From contig NC_068990.1 of assembly GCF_001194135.2 (NCBI RefSeq), positions 24,742,389-24,806,388 on the forward strand: a DNA stretch of 64,000 nucleotides, given 5' to 3'. The notes under the pieces are model-generated. The model saw only the letters and a list, made by a program, of their open reading frames with translations. It did not search any database and was not told the origin of the DNA. Origin of the DNA: Octopus bimaculoides. Lineage: Eukaryota. This document shows, one piece after another, positions 1 to 12,663 of the stretch; position 1 is the first letter of the stretch, and every line of letters starts with the position of its first letter. Both the position numbers and the translations under genes were made by a program.

Positions 1-329
1 GAGAGAGAGAGAGAACGATAAGCATGCGCGTATGCCTACACGTAAATATAGTAGTACCTCTATGTACCTGTATACATAATTTTGCAAAGATAAGTACATA
101 TATATATATATATCTTTTATTATTTGAATTTTCGATATAATCATGTATCCCATCCAAGTCTTATAAATCACTGTAAGCACGAATTCGTTTTCGGGTGTAA
201 AGTACTCACAACTGAAATTTTCATCTACAAAACATGTTTATTACTTTTTAGCTTGTAAACGACCACAAAACACAGTCGTACTATACACGGAGTATTGTCT
301 CCATTAACAGTTCTCTTATTCTATATATG

Positions 330-600
330 TGTGTGTATGTGTGTGTAAGTGCGTGCGTGTGTATTTGTGTATACATACGTATATACATACATATAAATAT
401 ATTGCATATATATATACGCATATATATTACATATATATATAGAATATATACATATATATGTATATATGTATTTATGTACGTATGTATGTATGTATGTATG
501 TATGCATGTATGTATGTATGTATGTATGCATGTATGTATGTATGTATGTATGTATGTATGTATGTATGTATGTATGTGTGGGTGTTGCGTGTTTGTATCT
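330..600. repeat. Compound (TG)n/(TA)n/(TATG)n microsatellite
   Basis: Read directly. It explains the YIHT/MYVC-type ORFs at 321-773. Confidence 0.95.
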
Positions 601-864
601 GTGAATGTCGGTATATATGTCCAGTGTATCTTCGGAAAATATAGTCTAAGTTTCATTTCACACTTCCAAATAGATTGAAGAACGAGATATTTTGAAATGT
701 TAGTCCTCTTGGATTGAGAACGTTGTTTTCGTTTGGATTTTATTGTATTTTTATGTTTTGCAGTTGTTTTCAATTTCCTTTCAATTCCTCTTCAATCATA
801 GTTTTACACATGAACTGTCGTTTTGTTTCCATGAGAAGTATCTTTCCAGCATAAACGTAATAGA

Positions 865-987
865 TGTGTATATATAAATTTGCATATATATATATATATA
901 TATATATATACATGCATACATAGATACACATACATATATATATATGTACATACATAAATACATACACACAAATATATATATATATAC

Positions 988-1020
<33 letters not shown>

Positions 1021-1295
1021 CAATGTTATTCACTTACATACACATACAAAAGTATATACGTATTAATATATATAGATATGTGAATATACATATATATATA
1101 CATACGTTGTTATGCATATATTTATGTGCATATATTTGTGTGTATGTATATAAGTGTGTGTGTCTTTGTGCGAATGTATGTATGTGTGTCTGTGTGTGTG
1201 TGTAAGTGTGTGTGTGTGTCTGTGTATATATGTATGTATGTATACATGCATGCATGTATGTGCGTGGATGGATATGTATATGTATATGTATACAC
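865..1295. repeat. Compound (TA)n/(TG)n microsatellite field
   Basis: Read directly. Confidence 0.9.
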
Positions 1296-1309
1296 TTTTG
1301 AGCACTTTT

Positions 1310-1760
1310 CCTCCGTCACACGGATTCTCTGGTAAAAGGTTGTAGCCATTGTTGTTTTTGAAGCCAGTCGAAGTTTTATTTTGTCTCGTAGGTTCTTGTT
1401 CTTTTGTATTTTGACCGATGTGTTGTCTGCTTTGTTCAGTCTTTTGTATCGTTCGCCTTTGATAATATCGTCTGCGTTGTTCAACATTTTCTATTCTAGC
1501 TTTTCGCCTTTGTTGAAAGACTGTCTCTATTTCTGATTGTAGACTCTTCACTTGCTTTCATGCCAAAGATTTCTTTTATTATTTTGCGTTTGCTGTTTCC
1601 TTGAAAGATGCTTTACATCATCAATGTCATCTATTTCGTGCTGGAGCAAATCTGCGAAACCATCTCCTACACATTTTTCGAAATTTCTAGCCTGGTCTTT
1701 ATCGGTAATTTTGTTCACATCATATTGTCGTGACAGCTCGTCCCATTTACTTTATCTTTT
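1310..1760 (-). mobile_element. RTE-type LINE ORF2 remnant (endonuclease-RT linker), frameshifted
   Basis: Minus-strand peptides KWDELSRQYDVNKITDKDQARNFEKCVGDGFADLL and ERYKRLNKADNTSVKIQKNKNLRDKIKLRLASKTTMATTFYQRIR resemble the RTE linker (RRYDxxKL..F...GG.FA.LL; Y..LNK...SVR..K..WL.....ELAS.......FYQ.I). Stops and frameshifts are present. Confidence 0.6.
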
Positions 1761-1763
1761 TTG

Positions 1764-1850
1764 TTTGATTGTACAATTTCCCAAAAGCATAGAAGTGCTC
1801 GAAGCCTATCTGAACTAGACGGTAACCTCTGCTCTGACCACACGCTTATA
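1764..1850 (+). mobile_element. Possible LINE APE-endonuclease C-terminal fragment, inverted relative to the adjacent RTE linker
   Basis: The plus frame reads FDCTISQKHRSARS..GNLCSDHTLI, similar to the APE motif IDYIL.S...RS....R.YPGAD..SDH.L. Confidence 0.35.
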
Positions 1851-2454
1851 TATCTATTCTTGCTACATGTCTTTTCAGTCACAGGGAGCGTTTATGTTTT
1901 GAATATGGTTAAAGCGTCAGAAAGAATGATATTACCCAAATGTCGAAAGCTGATGAATGTTAGGCAGCTGATGAATGGAATATATTTTTGACAAGTTTGT
2001 TGTCTATGAATCTTTTATATCTTGTATTATCGTTGTGCTGAGGTGTCCTTAATTTCTGGAGGGTTCAACTTGCTAAAACGTTCTTAGTTTCTTGGTTTGG
2101 GGTTGTTTTGCTGTTTGTTATACCGTATATTAATATTACGTAATTGTTCTTCATTGAGAGCCTAATTATAGCCCTTGTGTGTGTATGTGTGTGTGTATGT
2201 GTGTTTGAGAGTGTGTGTGTGATCGTTATTGAAGAGGAGCATCATAAATGAAGCAACAGCAGAGAGCTTTGCGCAAATATATCATACATAACAAAGTTTG
2301 ATGAGAGCGTTTTGATAAAACTTTCGGCCCACCCTACCCCAGCTAAAATGTAGCTTCTCAGCTATGAAGATATGATATATGCACTCTCTTTTATGAATTG
2401 ATCACTGTTTCTATCTTTGTATAGACAATACCAACCTACCTAGATACGTACGTA

Positions 2455-2486
<32 letters not shown>

Positions 2487-2825
2487 TAATTTATATAAGG
2501 GCAATTACTATACAATAATGCCTCACGCTAAGAGGAACTCTAAAAGTCGAACTACCATAATAAACACATTTTTACCGAACGCGAGGGAATGCAATTCTCA
2601 AAGCTAACCCTTAAAAACTTTTAACTAACGGTAAATCATGATTTCATAATCAACGCAGTAATCTGCATCTTTTGTTAATCAGTACACGTATGGTCAACAC
2701 ACATGAAAATAAACAAAAATCAACATACCCGACGAACACTCCGTGTATTCAGCATAGAACATAGACTATTGTTTATCCCTATATATCGATGAAAGAGGCG
2801 GGCTTTTTTGAATTGCACTTCGATA

Positions 2826-3066
2826 CATGTGTTTTTTCAGAATAAGATTCAGCACTGAATATATTCTAGAGGCATTATTGGAAAGTAATGCCCTTATATA
2901 AATAAATAAATATATTCATAGGGAATAAATGATGGGGTTTTTTTTCCCTTATGAGCTTTTTTCACGCTAACTACTTGATAAATTCTTATAAAAACTTTAT
3001 CCTATTATTGAATTATAAATAATTAGAATATATTCAGTGCTGAATCTTATTCTGAAAAAGCACATG
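2826..3066. mobile_element. MITE-like foldback with 43-bp inverted repeats
   Basis: 2826-2868 (CATGTGTTTTTTCAGAATAAGATTCAGCACTGAATATATTCTA) is the reverse complement of 3024-3066 with one mismatch. The core is 155 bp and AT-rich. No clear TSD. Confidence 0.7.
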
Positions 3067-3195
3067 CGCATACATAGCATATTCATATACACACATAATC
3101 ATATACATTCATAAATATATACATATACACACACACGCGCACATACACACATACACACACATAATCTGAACCACAAAAGAAACGTCACACACATA

Positions 3196-3510
3196 CTAAA
3201 CAGAAACCGGTTTAATAACAGACTGCTATAGCATTGATTGAAGAGTGCTAATTAAGAAACCGTTCTTTCCTAATGATAAAACGTCATTTCCTGAAGCATG
3301 TTTGACGTCACATGGTATCACGTGATGACGGAATGTCCTGGATCCAAAGAAATGAACTCAATATCTCATGTGACCACCGTTAACGTTGATTACTGCCAGG
3401 CATCTTCTGTACATTGAATGCACCAAACGATTGATGAAGGCCATTGGGGTAGCAGCCCACACTCTGTTAAACCTTGCAGTGAGTTGTGCCACAGATACGT
3501 ATATATTTAC
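3196..3510 (-). mobile_element. 3' end of a Tc1-like DNA transposon (transposase C-terminus plus right end)
   Basis: The minus frame reads VAQLTARFNRVWAATPMAFINRLVHSMYRRCLAVINVNGGHMRY*, matching the Tc1 C-terminal motif W..IP...I..LV.SM.RRC.AVI...GGHT.Y*. The terminus TA-CTAAACAGAAAC at 3194 resembles a Tc1 TIR with a TA TSD. Confidence 0.75.
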
Positions 3511-4465
3511 AAACCAATACGTCCGCACTGCGCTCATGCAAAATTATAATAGCGAATATCTTACGTAACTTGTCCGAAACATGCATACACACAGCTGTAC
3601 GCCAAAAGATCGTTGAATGTAACGACAGAAAAGCAGGGAGACATAAAAAATTGAAATGAAACAGTTTAACAGAATATAAAGTTATTATTACAAATGCATA
3701 ATTATATACACAAAATTACACACACACGTGCGTAAGTACTCTTTTTAATGTTACATTACATGTATTCAATACCTTTTTGAAACATTTGTAGTGCTTGACT
3801 ACTCCTTCCATTCATTTCATTCATGGACTTAATTATCGCATAATAAGCAACATTGGCTGCCTTCGAAATGGAGTTGTATAGCATATGACATCTTATCGGA
3901 ATTTTCTAATTTCCACATGAGATGAAGTATAGTTGATGCATTGCTTAATATCAATAAGCCTTATTGATCAATCATCATTTCCTATGTTATCGTTTCCTGT
4001 GTTTTCTATACAAGCCTTCTTTACGCTAGAGGCATAAACTAACAAGTTTCACCACGATTGATTGGGTCCTGCTAGATTATCACATGCATACATACGTGTG
4101 TGTGTGTTTCTGGTGTGTGTTTGTGTGAGTGTGTGTGTGTATGTGTATGTGTGTGTTTCTGTGTGTACGTGTGTGTTTCTGTGTGTATAAACATCTACGT
4201 TAATCAAAATATTGCACGAGGGCAAAATGTTTATAAAAGTAATATAAATCATTACACTTTTATTATGAATTGTGTACTACGAGTGCATATGAAAATAACC
4301 TACTTTGATTAAACTGATTTCAGCTGAGTAAATATGTTATATGAATATGAGTGAGATTAGTTCTGTGTAGATATGTTCATACACTATGCATATGCATACA
4401 TAAATATATTCGAAAATTGTATATATGATTGCGTTATACTATACAATTGTCAACTATGAAATATG

Positions 4466-4513
<48 letters not shown>

Positions 4514-4743
4514 TTATAATCTGGATAGATTAACTGCAGATGTTTCAATAGTTCAGTGTAAAATTCTCTTTTTCACTGATCTTCAGCTTTATGTTAACAT
4601 GCAATGGGCAGCTGATTTCCACAAATGTACACAGTTTCTCATCTCTATTCTAAATCATTTATGTACGTATGTATGTATGTGTGTATGTATGTATGTATGT
4701 ATGTATGTATGCATGCATGTATGTATGTATGTATGTATTCTGT

Positions 4744-5130
4744 TATTCTTTTATTTGTTTCAGTAATTTGACTGCGGCCATGCAGGAGCACCGCCTTCAG
4801 TCGAGCAAATCAACCCCAGGACTTATTCTTTGCAAGCCTAGTATTTATTCTATCGGTCTATTTTGCCAAACCGCTAAGTTACGGGAACGTAAACACACAA
4901 GCATCGGTTGTCAAGTGATGGTGGGAAGGCAAACACAGACACACGAACATATACACACACATATATGTATACATACGACGGGCTTCTTTTAGTTTCCGTT
5001 TACCAAATCCACTCATAAGATTTTGGTCGGTCCGAGGCTTTAGTAGAAGACACTTGCCCAAGGTGCTACGCAGTGGGACTGAACCCGGAACCATGTGGTT
5101 GGTAAGCAAGCTACTTACCACACAGCCACT
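4744..5130 (-). mobile_element. SINE family A, full length (tRNA-derived head, internal TA/TG microsatellite, conserved tail)
   Basis: Minus strand: A-box-like TGGCTGTGTGGTAAG, B-box-like GGTTCAGTCCC, CCTTGGGCAAG, then microsatellite, then tail ending CAGTCAAATTACTGAAACAAATAAAAGAATA. Many copies occur in the window. Confidence 0.9.
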
Positions 5131-5134
5131 TATG

Positions 5135-5330
5135 TATATTAGGTCTCAAATTTTTAACAAAAGACCTGCAATGTCGGGCGAGGTGGTAAGTCGATTACGT
5201 CGACCCAAGTGCTCAACTTTATGGGCCCAAAAGGATGAAAGACAAAGTCGACCTCAGCGGAATTTGAATTCAGGACGTAAGGACGGTCGAAATACCGCTA
5301 GGCATTTTGCCCGGTGAGCTAACATGCTGC
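5135..5330 (-). mobile_element. SINE family B copy
   Basis: Reverse complement of the B consensus seen in the window (GGCGGCGAGCTGGCAGAA..GAGTTCAAATTCCGCCGAGGTCGACTTTGCCTTTCATCCTTTCGGGGTCGAT..). Confidence 0.8.
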
Positions 5331-5372
5331 GTATATTGATATATAGATATATTGACATATAAACAATGAAAC

Positions 5373-5433
<61 letters not shown>

Positions 5434-6269
5434 CATGCATACATGCATACATACATACATACATACATACATACATACATAAATAGATAGATCAGAGCAA
5501 ACGAAACCAGTCAAATTACTTTTACACCCTAAGAACTCAACCCTTATCCACATTATATTAAAACAAATACCTTAACGATTAGCTACATTCAAATGATATC
5601 CTTCTTACTATGTACAGGTAAATACCATTTATAAATTTACAACTAAATCTTTCTCAAATAATTTCTACCGCGATATTATATACCGAATATTCATCCGCAA
5701 ATATTCAATACCACTAAAATGTAACCGATGGCAACATACACACTGCAGTCTACGCCACTGAACGTGTCAAACATTTGGCGGCGACAAATTTTAACAGTAT
5801 ACTTAAATTCTTAAGATTATTATTAAGTATGTCTATGTCATTGTTATTCATATATAAAGAGAACTTTCACTGTTATTTTCAAGATTTAACTATTGTTTCC
5901 ATAAAAGAAACTCAGACAGATATGTGTATCTATACATGGAGACAATTTGACAATAGCATACTTAATACTCGAAGAACTCCAGGCTTGTGAGGAGGCAAAA
6001 ATATATTAATCGTAATCAGCAAAGTTCATATCGTATACAAGATACCGAACTTTTGCAAAAGAAAAAAATCGTTGCTTTAATAACTATACACTCAGACATG
6101 TCGCGTTCGAAATAGTTCTCTCCGCTTTTACCAGGAACATAGCTGAGGTGGGGAAGGGTAGAATACCCCGGGCAACGCTTTTTTTTTGTGATGGGTATCA
6201 ATTTTGGGTCTGCTGTATAAGCATGGACCAAATCTGGAAAGTAGTGTGGCTAGGAGAATATATATATAT

Positions 6270-6400
6270 ATATACATATATAAATTAACAGAATGGAATA
6301 AAAATCCAAAGGTGTGAAAGATTTCTGAACATTTATAAAGAGGTCTTACAGCTGTTCCGGGGATATTTTATATATCGCTTCATCGGAGACGGTGCGAGAA
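6270..6400 (-). mobile_element. Penelope-like element terminus (pLTR) with a degenerate hammerhead ribozyme, ending in (TA)n
   Basis: Minus 6390-6343 reads GTCT-CCGATGA-A-stem II (GCGATAT/ATATCCC)-CGGAAC-AGCT-GTA-AGAC, which is minimal type I hammerhead topology. Such motifs are an established feature of Penelope pLTRs. Confidence 0.55.
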
Positions 6401-6808
6401 AAAGATTAAGCAATAGATATTCTAGAGAAGATATGAAATGGAGTGAAGAGGATGAGTGAAAACAGACGTGAGACACGCAGTGATATTATATCTGCAGTTT
6501 CAATATTTAAGCAGAATGGTATGCATGGAAGATTCCTGTACCTTGTGTGTAAGTTCCAATAGTATTTAGAATTGGTCATTCCAAGCATAGAGTTTGTACA
6601 CGATGTTATTGTGTCGGGGTTTTTTTTTTAATATATATATATATGTATATATATATAGAAAGTTAAAGAAGTGATTTTAAATTCTCAATCGCAGAATAAT
6701 GCTAATAATATAGCCTGAACAGGATAAACTACCCCTATTTTGCATAGAAAAGTGTAGGTGGCTAGCTGTGGACACGAACTCACATCCCCGTGATTATTAC
6801 ATGTCACG

Positions 6809-6964
6809 ATGTTTGTGTGGTAAGTAGCTTGCTTACCAACCACATGGTCCCGGGTTCAGTCCCACTGCGTGGCATCTTCGGCAAGTGTCTTCTACTATAG
6901 CCTCGGGCCGACCAAAGCCTTGTGAGTGGATTTGGTAGACGTAAACTGAAAGAAGCCCGTCGTA

Positions 6965-7005
<41 letters not shown>

Positions 7006-7035
7006 ATGTGTGTATGTGTTTGTGTGTCTGTGTTT
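6809..7035 (+). mobile_element. SINE family A 5' half running into a microsatellite and N-gap
   Basis: TGTGTGGTAAGTAGCTTGCTTACCAACCACATGGTCCCGGGTTCAGTCCCACTGCG...GAAAGAAGCCCGTCG followed by (TA)(TG)n. Confidence 0.9.
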
Positions 7036-7724
7036 NNNNNNNNNNNNNNNNNNNNNNNNNNNNNNNNNNNNNNNNNNNNNNNNNNNNNNNNNNNNNNNNN
7101 NNNNNNNNNNNNNNNNNNNNNNNNNNNNNNNNNNNNNNNNNNNNNNNNNNNNNNNNNNNNNNNNNNNNNNNNNNNNNNNNNNNNNNNNNNNNNNNNNNNN
7201 NNNNNNNNNNNNNNNNNNNNNNNNNNNNNNNNNNNNNNNNNNNNNNNNNNNNNNNNNNNNNNNNNNNNNNNNNNNNNNNNNNNNNNNNNNNNNNNNNNNN
7301 NNNNNNNNNNNNNNNNNNNNNNNNNNNNNNNNNNNNNNNNNNNNNNNNNNNNNNNNNNNNNNNNNNNNNNNNNNNNNNNNNNNNNNNNNNNNNNNNNNNN
7401 NNNNNNNNNNNNNNNNNNNNNNNNNNNNNNNNNNNNNNNNNNNNNNNNNNNNNNNNNNNNNNNNNNNNNNNNNNNNNNNNNNNNNNNNNNNNNNNNNNNN
7501 NNNNNNNNNNNNNNNNNNNNNNNNNNNNNNNNNNNNNNNNNNNNNNNNNNNNNNNNNNNNNNNNNNNNNNNNNNNNNNNNNNNNNNNNNNNNNNNNNNNN
7601 NNNNNNNNNNNNNNNNNNNNNNNNNNNNNNNNNNNNNNNNNNNNNNNNNNNNNNNNNNNNNNNNNNNNNNNNNNNNNNNNNNNNNNNNNNNNNGTGTGTG
7701 CGTGCGTATGTGTATGTGTATTTG

Positions 7725-7761
<37 letters not shown>

Positions 7762-10209
7762 TATTTCGTTTTATATAAAAGACGTAAAGAGTATTTTATA
7801 TAAAAAATATATGCAGGTAAATATGAACATGTATATACATATATACATATATATGTATGTATGTATGTGTGTGTGTTAGTGTGTATGTGTGTGTATGTAT
7901 ATATATATATATTAATGCATATATGTATGTACATGCATACATATAGACGTATACACACATATCAATACACATACAAATAAATATGTATACACATACATGC
8001 ATATATGCATACATATCAACTTACATATACATATATATTTACATACACACACAGAAACACACACACACACATACACACACATACATANNNNNNNNNNNNN
8101 NNNNNNNNNNNNNNNNNNNNNNNNNNNNNNNNNNNNNNNNNNNNNNNNNNNNNNNNNNNNNNNNNNNNNNNNNNNNNNNNNNNNNNNNNNNNNNNNNNNN
8201 NNNNNNNNNNNNNNNNNNNNNNNNNNNNNNNNNNNNNNNNNNNNNNNNNNNNNNNNNNNNNNNNNNNNNNNNNNNNNNNNNNNNNNNNNNNNNNNNNNNN
8301 NNNTATATATATATAGTGAGAGAGAGAAAGACAAGGAGAGCGAGGAAGAGAGAGAGAGAAAGGCAGAGAGAATGAGATGCGGACAGAGAAAGAATATGTC
8401 ATAGCTACCAAAATTTATAGTGTTAAAGAAATGTTCATAAATTGTCGACAGATATACATTATATTCTGTAATTTTATATAGATATATGCTATACATATTA
8501 TTTTTCTTTCTTACTTATAAATATCAATTCCTTAATGTTTCGAAATCTATAAATATGTGAATATACGTGACCTCTAACTGAAATATACTTACCATTTATT
8601 TTATGTGCTTTACCTTTTTTTTTTATTCAAACTTTTGTGTGTGCACTTCATAGTGGTGCGCAATCGTACGCACGTTGCTTGAATGTATCTACATGTATTG
8701 CAATACATTAAATTCATCTTGCAAATGTGTAATAAAATGTAGTCCTAACTACTTTAAATTTATGTTAGATTTCTTAATACGTGTTGTTTGTACATAAAAT
8801 ATTTATTATCAATTTAATTATGCTGTTGATAAATGTACGACATGTAAATTAATTTAACCATTTCAACTAAGATTTGGTTTGTATTTGCTTTAATTTGCGA
8901 TTGTTACAATTTCACATCGTGAAAATAAAGACTGAAGATCGCTAATCTTGAAATTAACGTCGATCACTCATGAAATATTCCAGTATAATCTTGAATTTTC
9001 TCTGTGTGAAGAGAGTAACAAGTTGTATTTACGCAGTTTTTGCCAGTAGTATTCTGTTGACAAGTTATTGATCAACAAGAAGATATGTTAAGAGACATTT
9101 GCCTGAATTTCTGGGTGGAGATTCAAACATAAACTAGGATCTATATGGTTCCAGGAGATTTCTTAACCGTACAGCCATGCTTTCATCCATATTAAAAGGG
9201 AGCCGCTCTGCTCGAACGGTATTTACTGACCTAAGTGTTCTTCTTTGTTGTTCTGGAGCCAAAGACAACCCTGAGTAAACATATAATCAAGGTCATTCCA
9301 ATTGCAGAGTCAATCTCAATGTTATTATCCATTGAATCTATAATTCTTAAAATATAAGATGTCGACTTGAAGGAGATTTAGCTGCTATATCTATAAAGTT
9401 CAGTGACCATATTGTCGCCTTCGTTGCCCCATGATGGATAGTCTTGAGTGCACGTCCATTATCAAAGACATTTCAATTGTAAACATCACGTTCATGTTCA
9501 CTCTGTGTTGTATCTACAACATAAGAGTCCAATGTTTTTTATGCGATTTGAGGGAAATTTGACTACTATTTCTAAGAAACGAACAATCACATTTTTTATT
9601 ATTAACATCATTGCTGCTGCTGTTGTTTTTGTTGTCGTTGTTGTTGCTGTTGTTGTTTAACCTGAGGTAGACCCTATTTTGAGAGCGTTCTAGCCTGGAC
9701 CCTGACAACTGTTTTTCCTCTGTGGATAAAACCCTTGACCATATGAGCTGGTTTATTCATTTTAAGACTGCAAGGTGTGAATTAAGAAGTACTTGGCTGT
9801 TGTTTTCAGCAGATCAATGAGCCATATAAAGGCTGCCCTATCGAGTCGTCGCCTACGTTGGTAACTAGATTAATCGTCTTCTGTTTCATATTTAGATATA
9901 AAAATGAATCGAGTAAGAAAGACGTCAGTGTGTTCTAGTTATAACACATCTGGTTTCAGGGATGCGTTGCACATGTCGAGTAGGGTCTTAAATATGTAAC
10001 AGTAAATGCAACAACTTCGATCAGCTGAGATTAATCGTGCAATTAGAAGACAAATACTTCCACTGGGAGGTGTTTATAAGCCTAAAAAAACAAGCACGGG
10101 ACATAACTCCAACAGTATTAGACAATCCAACTGATGAGAACAAGAGACATTTTTTTTATAGATTTCGATCTTCCTAGATCCTTTCAATGATGTTATATTC
10201 AGCTCAGAT

Positions 10210-10520
10210 GCCAAGAGCTACACACCATCTGTCTATTCACCAAAGAATATTTTTCCGCCCACCTTACTTTTTCACCCACCATTTCTGGAAACGTTTTGAG
10301 GCTAGAATCCTCAAGCACCTTTCCATGGGGCCCTATCAGAAGTAACCGTCATTACACTTTCCAGCTAGATTCCCAAGTGTGACCAGCTGAGATTCTGGAT
10401 ATCATCCAACCATCTTGTTCTTGGTTTACTACTAAGTTTCCTGTCGATTGGCTCGGCTTGAATAATCAGTCTTGCGACATTCTAATCGGGTGACTCCGCA
10501 GTGTAGAGAAGTAGTGAATA
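10210..10520 (-). mobile_element. RTE-type LINE 3' end remnant
   Basis: The minus frame reads NVARLIIQAEPIDRKLSSKPRTRWLDDIQNLSWSHLGI*LESVMTVTSDRAPWK, matching the RTE ORF2 C-terminal pattern (R..GRP.TRW.D.....A.DR..W). Confidence 0.65.
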
Positions 10521-10711
10521 AACCTAGAGACTGAACTCTCTAATCTCCGAACTATGTACCTTGTTGAGTAACGTTACTCCGGAGGTCCTACAGAAGAAAA
10601 ACACATTTCGGCCGCTTCTGTTCGCACTTTTCCGTCAGTTATTTCGTCTCATCCCTTTTGTTCTTCTAGTTGGTAGTTTCTGGAGTCCAAGAAAGATGTT
10701 TCCGCAGTTAC

Positions 10712-10801
10712 TTTCTGAGCAGTCTCCTTGGATTTTGTGTTTATAGTCATCAAATGTTTGTTCTGTATATGAGTTCACTTCCTTCATCAAATTGACTTTG
10801 C
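10712..10801 (-). CDS. Candidate internal exon (90 nt, phase 1-1) of an unidentified gene
   Basis: Acceptor tttgcacctgtgcag|G, open frame GKVNLMKEVNSYTEQTFDDYKHKIQGDCSE, donor AAA|gtaact. No homology was recognised. Confidence 0.25.
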
Positions 10802-10879
10802 CTGCACAGGTGCAAAATGTGCAACACGTCAGATGTCAAAATGATCACAAAGCAACATAAAATGCAATGTTTTTGCTCA

Positions 10880-10965
10880 ACAGCACAACTCACCGCCCAA
10901 TCCGTGTGTCGAAACCACCACCTCACAATCGTAAGTGCTTCACTCTAACCACTAGGCCACGCAAC
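10880..10965 (-). mobile_element. tRNA-derived head fragment of SINE family C/D
   Basis: Minus strand GCGTGGCCTAGTGGTTAGAGTGAAGCACTTACGATTGTGAGGTGGTGGTTTCGAC resembles the C/D head. Confidence 0.5.
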
Positions 10966-11467
10966 CTCCCTGTAGTTACTACACATTAAAGTCACAAACT
11001 AAACCAATCAACATGTTACGAATATCCGTAATCTCTCTTTATCTATTATTTCTGATTTCGAACAAGGAACCTGTTGACAATGATTTCATTCATAACACTG
11101 CAAGTACTAGAGACAATTGAGAACTATTGATAGATATTTCTTTGTAATAAAATGAGTGATTCTTCTTTCGAAATTACATGCCGTAACTACGCTGTGCTTT
11201 TATATATGCATGCATGCTGCTACTAACAAATGGTTTGTTCCTAAATACAATGAACCGACCACCTTTATGCTGTGGTCATCCAGTGTGATATTGTATGAAG
11301 TGTGATGTTATACAAAGGGATTACACGGATATTTTTGGTTAATATCAATAGACGCTGTAATAATGTTGTCTATTGACAATGCACCATCATGGTTACGTTG
11401 CATCGTTAAGCTGCATTTTTATATTATCGCAAAGTCAGACAACTAGTTATTGTGAAAGGAAAAGACG

Positions 11468-11516
<49 letters not shown>

Positions 11517-11690
11517 GGGTGGGTAGGTTGAAAGTTCTTTTGTACGTTCTTCTGTGCCGAACCATACTTCGTCAGTGTTAAATCTTTTGCTCCTTCTGAT
11601 ATGTTTTTTGAAAACCCATAGGCGCCACGTCCCTTATATATATATATATATATATATATATNNNNNNNNNNGGTTTCGTGTTGTCTTTTC

Positions 11691-11719
<29 letters not shown>

Positions 11720-11721
<2 letters not shown>

Positions 11722-11878
11722 GCGACGGGCTTCTTTCTTTTTCCGTCTACCAAATCCACTCACAAGGCTTTGGTCGACCCGAGCCTATAGCAGAAGACAC
11801 TTACCAAAGATATCACGCAGTGGGACTGAACCCAGAACCATGTGGTTGGGAAGCAAACTTCTTACCTCACAGTCACGC
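11720..11878 (-). mobile_element. SINE family A head half
   Basis: GACGGGCTTCTTTC...GTGGGACTGAACCCAGAACCATGTGG. Confidence 0.85.
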
Positions 11879-12663
11879 TTGCAGAAATCGTGCAACCGTT
11901 GAGAAATTTTCTCACCAGTTCATCGTTTACCTTGAATAGAATGGCGGTGAAGTGAACAAACATAACGAAAAGGCGCTGGGTTAAATGGCTTCGAGTATTT
12001 AGTCTCTGTTCTATACGCTACGAAATTTAAATCCCTCAGTGTTTTATATTCCCTTCCTTTCCTCCAGAATCTATAAAACAAGCTCCATTCACATACTGAC
12101 ATCGATTCAATCAACCATACACCTTCTCCCTACAGCCTTCAAGCACAGTATTAAATTATCGTTTATTCCTCTATATATCAGCAAGCATTGTGTTGCATCT
12201 TTTTTCTTTCTTTTTTTTTCATTACAGATAAATCGATATATTCGCTAAGAGTATTTCTCTTCCACTATAAACAAGTTCCACGAAACTAGAAAACTTTACT
12301 TCTGAATTTGCACTCAAGAGATTCGAGTTTTGACTAAATTCTAAAGTTTTATGCCACCATGGGACCTTTATCTAAAGCTTCCAGTGAAATCCAATACGCT
12401 GCTGTATAGGTTCTCTTATAAATTTTCAGTTACAAAGGTGGCAGAAAATAACCCTTTAGGTTACGTTTACAATATTAAACTAGTTTTCTTTCATCCAAAT
12501 TATTATATTTGTTCTTTCTATTTCACTCCTATTCTGTTGTTTAGTTATAGTTTAGTTCCTTATCGAGCAAAAGATTAAAGACATTCGAGATGTGGCCACC
12601 CAGATATTTTAAAATTCGCTAGAACAGCATGTTTTAATGTGTCCTTTACTTACTTAAGACTTA

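Noticed and set aside
321-1335. ORFs rich in YI/HT/CV/MY, here and in dozens of similar track entries
   Set aside because: They are translations of TA/TG/TATG microsatellites or run through N-gaps.
4879-5121. Recurrent ORFs such as LPNPLTRLWSARGYSRRHLPKVPRSGTEPGTMWLVSKLLTTQP
   Set aside because: They are antisense or sense translations of SINE-A heads, not genes.
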